The translations under genes and the position numbers were made by a program. Below are positions 47,705 through 53,834 of a DNA stretch of 53,834 nt, in pieces (the first letter of the stretch is position 1; each line of letters starts with the position of its first letter). Source of the stretch: Candidatus Krumholzibacteriia bacterium (GTDB lineage: Bacteria; Krumholzibacteriota; Krumholzibacteriia; LZORAL124-64-63); the NCBI GenBank assembly GCA_046484865.1, contig JAWOID010000089.1:1-53834 (forward strand), in the 5' to 3' direction. Below the pieces are notes generated by a model. That model was given only the letters and a program-made list of their open reading frames with translations, was not told the DNA's origin and did no database searches.

Positions 47705-48112
47705 TCAGGCGGTGTGTTTGCGGAATGCGCTCACCATGGCCACCTGCGGCGCTTCCGCGAGCGTCTCCTGGGGCACGGCGAAGGGCTGGATGTGGTTCCG
47801 GTTCGTGCGCAGGGTGAGCAGCCGCAGGGCTTCCATGACGCGCGGGATGTCGATGCCGCGCGGACAGCGCACCTCGCAGCTGTGGCACGACGCACACACC
47901 CACGGGGTGTTCGCAGCCAGCGCGAACTCGACCTGACCCCACTGGATCAGGTGCATGACCTGGCGGGTGGTCAGCTGCATGTTCTCGGTCATGGGGCAGA
48001 CGACGGAGCAGGTCCCGCACTGCATGCACGTCTTGAACGGCTCGCCGCTGATGGCGGTCATGCGGTCCAGGAAGCGCTGGTCGGCGTCGGGAAGGGGCAC
48101 AGGGGAATCCAT
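47705..48112 (-). CDS. Heterodisulfide reductase subunit C-like 2x[4Fe-4S] protein
   Basis: CMQCGTCSVVCP and WVCASCHSCEVRCPRGID. Confidence 0.88.
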   Translation of the reverse strand: MDSPVPLPDADQRFLDRMTAISGEPFKTCMQCGTCSVVCPMTENMQLTTRQVMHLIQWGQVEFALAANTPWVCASCHSCEVRCPRGIDIPRVMEALRLLTLRTNRNHIQPFAVPQETLAEAPQVAMVSAFRKHTA

Positions 48113-48333
48113 GAGCACCTCGGCGGAACTGGTCCGACCGCCGAGCGCGTGAACGAGGGCAGGTCCCTGGGGGACGGGGGGCGCACGACTGTCGGATCGA
48201 CGTTGTTAGAATATAATCAGGCGCGAGGAGCCAGAAATCAACGTCAGATGTGGGTTCTGGCTCAACGGACCGCAGGTGGCCGGTGGCTCGTAAAGAGAAG
48301 GAGGCCACGCACCGCCGGCGGGGCTCGATGAGT

Positions 48334-48969
48334 GTTATTCCACGGAAATTGTTTCCGCTTTCTGGTCATGATGCCGAACTGGCCGGTCACACCGCGTACT
48401 TCAATTCGTGGCGCCAGCTTACGTTCAGCGCCCGCCTCCTGACCTCCCACGGTAGTACTGACGCCCAACAACCTCCCAATCCGATCTGCGCCGCGAACAG
48501 ACACCGGCCCACGATCCCTGTCACCGTCAACCGCCGGCGACGAGCGATCGTCTGCCGTTTGTGACCCGCCTGCGCCTGTCGGATCGAGACAGTAGTCCTG
48601 GCGATCGATGGTCGCGGGGGGGAAACGCACCGATCGGTCGCGATCTGGCTGTTGAACATCCCGCCGGTGACCTTGGTCATCCGCTGGGCGTGGATCTCGG
48701 GTTTCTTCAGCCAGCTGGTGGTGGCGAAGGTCTGTGAACTGAAGGTGACGCCCCAGTGCAGGCGGCGAAACCTGCGGATACGGGTGGGATCGCCGAGGCG
48801 GAGATACGAGTCCATGCACATGTACCGCCAGCGTGTATGCAAGTGGTTGTGTTACTTTCATATAACCGAAGGGCAGCGGGGCGGTGTCCGGCGGGGATCG
48901 TCGAGTTCGTGGTTGTCCATGCCGGCCGGATTGCATGTCCGGGGCCGGAAACATTCTTCGTGGAATAAC
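48334..48969. mobile_element. Non-autonomous TIR-bounded element / degenerate IS remnant (IS630-like traces)
   Basis: 24-bp terminal inverted repeats, 21/24 identical (48334-57 and 48946-69). The interior has lower GC and no intact transposase. Confidence 0.6.
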
Positions 48970-48971
48970 TT

Positions 48972-49619
48972 TCAGCGAGGCAGTGCGCGCGGTTGGGAGC
49001 GGCCCACCTCCCGGCCGTCCGCCGTGGCGATCACCCGGGCGAAGAGCGGCGGCCTCGAGCCGGCGGCATCAGGGAGGCCTGCGGTATCGACCACGAGCGT
49101 GGTGTCGGTCCCGGCCTCGAGGGTGGCGACCACCTCGCGCCGCGCATCGATGATCACGATGCGGTAGGCGGGAGAGTCCTGCGCGAGGCCGGGTGCGCTC
49201 CAGGTCAGCCGGACGCCGTCGGGGACGGGCTCCGGCGGCTGCAGCCGCAGGAGGGAGTCGGCCGCAGCTTCGCCGCGCGGAATCACGGCCGGCGGCGTGC
49301 CGTCCCGCACCGTGGTGAGAACGGCCAGCCCGACGGTCAGCACCAGGGCGGCGGCCACGCCCAGCGGCAGGACCGGCGCGAGATGGCGGCGGCGCGGACG
49401 TTCATCGCCCACCTCGCGGGTGATGAACGTGGCCAGGCGCTCCCGGGCGTCGGGCAGGTCCGCCTGCGGCGGCAGGTCGCGGAGTTCGAGGAAGAGCGCA
49501 TGCGCACGCGACAGGGCCTGGCAGGAGGCGCAAGCCTGCAGGTGCTGCCGGTCCGCGTCATCCGACCCGCGGCTCTGCGCGCGCAGGATCTCCTCGAGCG
49601 TGAGGCAGCGTCCGGTCAA
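48972..49619 (-). CDS. Zinc-binding transmembrane anti-sigma factor with extracytoplasmic Ig/FnIII-like domain
   Basis: HLQACASC (HxxxCxxC ZAS motif), TM LPLGVAAALVLTVGLAVL, then LTWS...YRIV. The TTG start overlaps the sigma stop (TTGA). Confidence 0.8.
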   Translation of the reverse strand: MTGRCLTLEEILRAQSRGSDDADRQHLQACASCQALSRAHALFLELRDLPPQADLPDARERLATFITREVGDERPRRRHLAPVLPLGVAAALVLTVGLAVLTTVRDGTPPAVIPRGEAAADSLLRLQPPEPVPDGVRLTWSAPGLAQDSPAYRIVIIDARREVVATLEAGTDTTLVVDTAGLPDAAGSRPPLFARVIATADGREVGRSQPRALPR

Positions 49620-50209
49620 TCGACTTCCTCCTCGCGTCGCCGCAGCGCGGCTCGCAGCTTGCGCCGGGCGCGCTGCAGGACCGCACGTGCACCCGAACGC
49701 TCGGTGACACCCAGCACGGCCGTGATGGCGTCCACCGGCATCCGCTCGAAGCAGCGCAGCCGCAGAGCCTGCTGCTCCAGCGGGTCGAGGGTCTCGCGGA
49801 TCAGGAGCAACAGTGCCTCCTCGTCGAGACGTTCCTCGAGCAGGCGGTCCGGGGTGCGGTCGTCGGGCACCCTGTCCGCGAGTTCCAGCGGGTCCTCCCT
49901 CAGCAGCGGCGGCCGGCGCAACTCGTCGAAGCAACGGTTGCGGGTGACCGCGAACAACCAGCAGTGGAACGGCGCCGGTCCCCGGTAACTGTCCAGGCGC
50001 TGGTGGGCCTTCAGCAGCACGTCCTGCGCCAGCTCGAGAGCGCGCTCGTGGTCGTGCACGTACCGCAGGCACCAGACGTACACATGCTCACGGTAGCGGC
50101 CGAGGAGCTCGGCCTCGGCGCGTCGTGCCTCGCGCGGCCGGCTCTGGTCGCGGGCCTGCTCCAGCAGGTTCCGGTCGGTGCCGGGGTCCAGGTCGCGATC
50201 GGCCCTCAT
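49616..50209 (-). CDS. ECF RNA polymerase sigma factor
   Basis: Region 2 (ELAQDVLLKA...FHCWLFAVTRNRCFDELRR) and region 4 (...RARRKLR). The ATG overlaps the CHAT stop (ATGA). Confidence 0.88.
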   Translation of the reverse strand: MRADRDLDPGTDRNLLEQARDQSRPREARRAEAELLGRYREHVYVWCLRYVHDHERALELAQDVLLKAHQRLDSYRGPAPFHCWLFAVTRNRCFDELRRPPLLREDPLELADRVPDDRTPDRLLEERLDEEALLLLIRETLDPLEQQALRLRCFERMPVDAITAVLGVTERSGARAVLQRARRKLRAALRRREEEVD

Positions 50210-53133
50210 GGATAGAGACGGGTGGCGGTCGCCCGTGTCACAGGGGGTCCTCGCCGGCGCAGAGAAACCAGCAGCAGCACCGCCGCGCCGACCGCGAGCA
50301 GAGCCGCGCCGGCCCTGGCGCCGGAGCCGGCCACGGCGACTCGTCGCTGCAGCGGCACCCGGACCTCGCCGTCGCCGACCAGCACGAAGCCCGCCCAGTA
50401 GAACGGGTGGCGCGTCGACGGATGCGCTCGCACGAGGAACTGCGCCCGCCGCAGGGCCTCGGCCGCGGTCATCCCCTCGGCGAGGCCGGCATAGAGATGG
50501 CCCACCAGGTCGGAGGTGGTGGCATCGTCCACCGGCCACAGGGCCGCGATCACCGCCCGGGAGCCGGCGCTCAGGAAGGCGCTGGTGAGCCCGAGCACGC
50601 CCTCGCCTGGCAGCACGTGCCCGGAGGCCGATTCGCAGCCCGCCAGCACGGTCAAGATGGGATCCAGCCGGGTCGCCGCGATCGCCGCCGCCGGCAGCTC
50701 GGTCGCACCCCGCCCGCCGCCCGCGTCGGCGCCGTCCGGCAGCACCAGCGCCGCCTGCCAGGGGGCGCGGTCGCGCAGGCGGACATGGGTTGCGAAGTGG
50801 AGGACGTCCCAGCCGCTCAGCGGGCCGACCTCGGTCCGGGAGATGGATGCGGGATCGCCGACCGTCACTCCATGATACCTGCGGCCCAGGACGGCGACCT
50901 CGTGGCGCGTGCCGGCGATGTCGGGTTCGTCATCCGTGGCGGCGCCCGCCACGGCGAGCACCCGCGGCGGCAGCGACATCGTCCGGCGGTCGTCTTCCGC
51001 GGCTGCCTCGCGCAGGATGCAGAAGACCGAGGCCGATGGCACGGTGCTCCAGTGGCTCGTCGCCTCCGCGGCGGCCGTCGTGCCCGTTGCCCGCAAGGGC
51101 AGCGCCGCCAGCGGCAGCAGGTTCGCGGCGCCGTCGGGGGCGAGGATGACGTGGCGAGCGTCTCGCACCAGCGGGGTGACGCCACCGAAGAGATCCTCGG
51201 CGGTGCGGTCGAGCACCGCGACCAGGGCGGCCTCGTCGCTGGCCGTGGGCGGTCCGGCCAGCGGTAGCAGAAGCAGCTCCTGGAGGAAGGCGAGATCCGC
51301 GGCGACCTCGGCTTCAGGCGGCAGTCTGCGCACCTCCTGGGTGTCCGGTCCGACCGCGAACAGGAGCGAGAGTTCCGGTCCCAGGTAGAGGTCGAGCAGG
51401 AGTTCGCCGGGTTGCAGGAGCGACTGAACCCTGGCGAGCGTCGCCTCCTGTGCTCCGTTGCGGACGTCCAGCCCCGGTGACGATTCGTGTCCGGGGCCGT
51501 GCATGCGCTCGAGGAGGGTGCGGGCCTTGAACGCCTGCAGCCGGTCGAAGGCCGCGCGGACGCGCTCGCCGGCCGGGTGCTCGTCTTCGGTGAGGAGGAG
51601 GTTCGCCAGCGCGATGTGGATCGACCAGCCGGCGGCGCCCCGCTGCTCTCGCCAGTGGGGGTCCAGCGGCAGCCCCCGGCTTCGTTCCCAGTGATCGGCG
51701 GCCTCCTCCAGCGCTGTCCGGGCGCTGTCCGGACGGCCGAGTTCGAGCCAGCAGCGTCCGGCGGCCGCGAGCGCGCGCATCCGTACGCCATTCAGATCCC
51801 GGGCGCGGTCATCGTCCCGCACCGGCAGCAGAACCGCCAGCGCGGCCGCCGGCCGGCCGTCTCGCAGGAGGATCTCGCCGCGTTGCACCGCGATCTCGAA
51901 CACCAGGCCCCCCGATACGTCGTCGCCCAGGCGCTGCGCGCAGGTGGCCAGCAGGTCGAGTGCCGCGGCGCTACTGTCCCGGTCGGCGAGCAGCCGCGCC
52001 AGCCCGATCTCCGCCTGCGCGCGGTCGCTCACGCGCGGCGCCACGGGCGACGCGAGGGCGCGACGGTATGTCGTCACCGCCCGGTCGAACTCTCCGCGCC
52101 TGGCGTGCATGGCGGCGGTCTTCACCATCGCGGTGAACAGCAGGTCGTCGTGGCCGTTCTCCAGGCAGATGTTCCGCGCCCGGCTCAGCGTCGACTCGGC
52201 GGCGGCGAAGCGGGCGAGATCCAGCTCGCAGAGGGCGACGTTCAGCAGCGGCGGCACCATCTCCGCCTGGTGGCCGAGGCGTTCCTGCAGGTCCAGCGCC
52301 CGCTGGAAGCTCGCCAGGGCCGCACCGGGGTCCCCGAGCGAGTACTCGAGTCCCGCCAGGTTGTTCACCGCCCACGCCTCGACCATCGTGTAGCCGGTGG
52401 ATTCCGCCAGTGCGCCGGCCAGCCGGAAGCTGCGCTGCGCGGCTGCGTGATCGCCGGTGGAGGACTGCGCGATCCCGAGCCCGTTGGTGGCCCACGCCTC
52501 GCCCCGGGGATCGCCGGCCAGGCGGAAGAGGCGACGCGCCGCCGCGTGCTGGTCCAGCGACTCCTGCACCAAGCCCTCGCCCTGGGCATGCCAGCCGAGC
52601 CACAGCCTCGCCCAGGCCTCCAGCCGGGGCTCGCCCAGGCGCTGCGCCAGGTCCCGTTGACGGATCGAAAGGGCGTACGCCTCCTGGTCGCGCCCGCAGC
52701 CGGCGACGGCCACCGCCAGCCAGCGCAGGGCCACGCAGGCCCGGTGACTGTCCGCGCGTGCCTCGGCCAGGACCAGCGCCTCGCGCAGGGGGGGCTCGGC
52801 GGCGACCGGCGCTCCGAAGGAGACCAGCGGCGCCCCGCGCCGGATGAGCAGGTCGGTCAGCAGCGCGGTGTCGCGCGCAGCCCGCGCCGGCGGTAGCCAC
52901 TGCGACACCAGCGCCGCCGCGCTGTCTCGCGCTCCCGCTGCATAGAGGGAGTCGATGTGGCCGACCAGGGCCGCGGGAGGGACGGATTCGCGCATGCTGG
53001 TCGGCGGCGCGGCCGCAGCGACGGTCCCGCAGAAGGCGGCCACGACCAGCACGCCCACTTGGGGGCAAGCAGGCGCACTCCCGCGCCGGTGGCGGGCGGC
53101 GGAGTGGGGGAACAGGTGGCGAAACGCGGACAT
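50206..53133 (-). CDS. Exported TPR + CHAT (caspase-like) protease with C-terminal membrane anchor
   Basis: N-terminal hydrophobic signal and TPR helices. CHAT motifs LAPDG, VLHFATH (His), LAGCES (Cys), FLSAG, LWPVDD and HPFYWAGFVLVG. C-terminal TM followed by RRR. Confidence 0.9.
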   Translation of the reverse strand: MSAFRHLFPHSAARHRRGSAPACPQVGVLVVAAFCGTVAAAAPPTSMRESVPPAALVGHIDSLYAAGARDSAAALVSQWLPPARAARDTALLTDLLIRRGAPLVSFGAPVAAEPPLREALVLAEARADSHRACVALRWLAVAVAGCGRDQEAYALSIRQRDLAQRLGEPRLEAWARLWLGWHAQGEGLVQESLDQHAAARRLFRLAGDPRGEAWATNGLGIAQSSTGDHAAAQRSFRLAGALAESTGYTMVEAWAVNNLAGLEYSLGDPGAALASFQRALDLQERLGHQAEMVPPLLNVALCELDLARFAAAESTLSRARNICLENGHDDLLFTAMVKTAAMHARRGEFDRAVTTYRRALASPVAPRVSDRAQAEIGLARLLADRDSSAAALDLLATCAQRLGDDVSGGLVFEIAVQRGEILLRDGRPAAALAVLLPVRDDDRARDLNGVRMRALAAAGRCWLELGRPDSARTALEEAADHWERSRGLPLDPHWREQRGAAGWSIHIALANLLLTEDEHPAGERVRAAFDRLQAFKARTLLERMHGPGHESSPGLDVRNGAQEATLARVQSLLQPGELLLDLYLGPELSLLFAVGPDTQEVRRLPPEAEVAADLAFLQELLLLPLAGPPTASDEAALVAVLDRTAEDLFGGVTPLVRDARHVILAPDGAANLLPLAALPLRATGTTAAAEATSHWSTVPSASVFCILREAAAEDDRRTMSLPPRVLAVAGAATDDEPDIAGTRHEVAVLGRRYHGVTVGDPASISRTEVGPLSGWDVLHFATHVRLRDRAPWQAALVLPDGADAGGGRGATELPAAAIAATRLDPILTVLAGCESASGHVLPGEGVLGLTSAFLSAGSRAVIAALWPVDDATTSDLVGHLYAGLAEGMTAAEALRRAQFLVRAHPSTRHPFYWAGFVLVGDGEVRVPLQRRVAVAGSGARAGAALLAVGAAVLLLVSLRRRGPPVTRATATRLYP

Positions 53134-53157
53134 CGGCGATACCTCTCGAGACGGACG

Positions 53158-53166
53158 ATTGTAGCA
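53158..53166 (-). promoter_or_regulatory. Extended -10 promoter for the CHAT-sigma-anti-sigma operon
   Basis: Minus strand TGcTACAAT, followed by the GAGAGGT RBS and ATG 53133. Confidence 0.5.
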
Positions 53167-53177
53167 TATGTCCGTGG

Positions 53178-53834
53178 TCATCCCCCAGGGAAGCAGCGGA
53201 GGTTCAGCCGAGCCGTCTGCCGAACTGCAGGGCCGCGGCGAGGAATCCTGACCTCCCCCGAATCCACGTCGATCATCAACGACGACACATCCACTGCTTC
53301 AAAAGCCGCGCCGGTAATCTGGCGCAATTCGCGCAGCACATCGTTGTCCCAACGCTCATCCGGTACGCCAGAAATGAACCACGCCGATCCGTTATCGGCG
53401 AGCATCATCCCGTATTGTTTCAGCGCCCGCAGAATTACCTGGACGTTGGGCGAGAAGCCACTGAGGTCGAAATCGGCCTTCAGCCGGAAGCGCTGTCCCA
53501 TCGGCGGATACTGCGCCCCGGTGAGGCTGGAGGCGTAGTGGCGCGCCGGCCAGACGTAGGCGCGGCGCGTCTGGGGCGCGGTGAAACGCAGCGCGTGGCG
53601 GATTTCCCCGGCAGCCACTTCCTCGTAGCGCACCGGCCCCGGCAGGATGGGCAACCCGGCGGCATCGGCAGAAGTCCACGTTTCAGGACGCAACGCGTGG
53701 CTGGAAAGGTCGAAAATCGCGCCGGAACCGGCCGTCCATGCGCTGCCGCCATCCACCGGAAAAGCGTAGTACAACTCGTACAATACGCAGTCGTCACGAT
53801 CCACCACCAAAACGTGCCGGTCTCCGTCGCTGTC
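53178..53834 (-). CDS. Conserved hypothetical protein, 5'-truncated by the window edge
   Basis: Open to the window end. Motifs DGDRHVLVVDRDDCVLYEL, WTSADAAGLPILPG, PPMGQRFRLK and YGMMLADNGS are familiar from an uncharacterised family. Confidence 0.75.
   Translation of the reverse strand, partial: DSDGDRHVLVVDRDDCVLYELYYAFPVDGGSAWTAGSGAIFDLSSHALRPETWTSADAAGLPILPGPVRYEEVAAGEIRHALRFTAPQTRRAYVWPARHYASSLTGAQYPPMGQRFRLKADFDLSGFSPNVQVILRALKQYGMMLADNGSAWFISGVPDERWDNDVLRELRQITGAAFEAVDVSSLMIDVDSGEVRIPRRGPAVRQTARLNLRCFPGG

Noticed and set aside
48228..48263. GAGCCAGAA/TTCTGGCTC inverted repeat and nearby TATAAT upstream of hdrC
   Set aside because: This could be an operator or promoter, but the perfect TATAAT is on the wrong strand and the -35/-10 spacing on the coding strand is poor. 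Not supportable as a feature.
48262..48954. 230-aa and 151-aa minus-strand ORFs inside the TIR element as real genes
   Set aside because: They have no RBS or coherent family signature and atypical composition. At most they are decayed transposase fragments.
1..53834. Many long overlapping or antisense ORFs in the track (e.g. 22482-25595 +, 24834-27881 -, 19998-22277 -, 45744-47936 +, 34646-36535 +)
   Set aside because: These are Arg/Pro/Ala-rich shadow frames expected at this GC content. They overlap genes with clear family motifs and carry none themselves.

Overview
GC-rich (roughly 70% by eye) bacterial chromosomal segment with about 42 credible CDS. I saw no rRNA, tRNA or CRISPR array. 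Two secreted proteins end in a PNPFNP/FlgD-Ig-like tail, which suggests an FCB-superphylum candidate lineage such as Krumholzibacteriota, Latescibacterota or Eisenbacteria (inference only). Gene content in order: secreted astacin protease, beta-propeller lipoprotein and RCC1-repeat protein; purB; a stress/iron islet (patatin, ferritin-VIT1, CsbD, YihY, K+ channel); a purL-purQ fusion, a tandem PurS-like gene and purF; a fused radical SAM gene and RNase G; GT2 and rhomboid; an atypical biotin ligase before an oadGAB Na+-pumping decarboxylase; fpr divergent from an Rrf2-sufCBD-Rieske-sufS-sufU-sufT operon and DUF169; a lipoprotein, a Ser/Thr kinase-TPR and an amidase with unusual repeats; an HdrC-HdrB-SdhB-like-SdhA-like operon; a TIR-bounded IS remnant; and a translationally coupled TPR-CHAT protease / ECF sigma / Zn anti-sigma operon. 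The best leads are the CHAT-sigma-anti-sigma module, the thiol:fumarate-reductase-like operon, the PurL-Q plus PurS-S architecture and a structured RNA directly upstream of oadG. All family calls come from motif recognition by eye. No database search was run.
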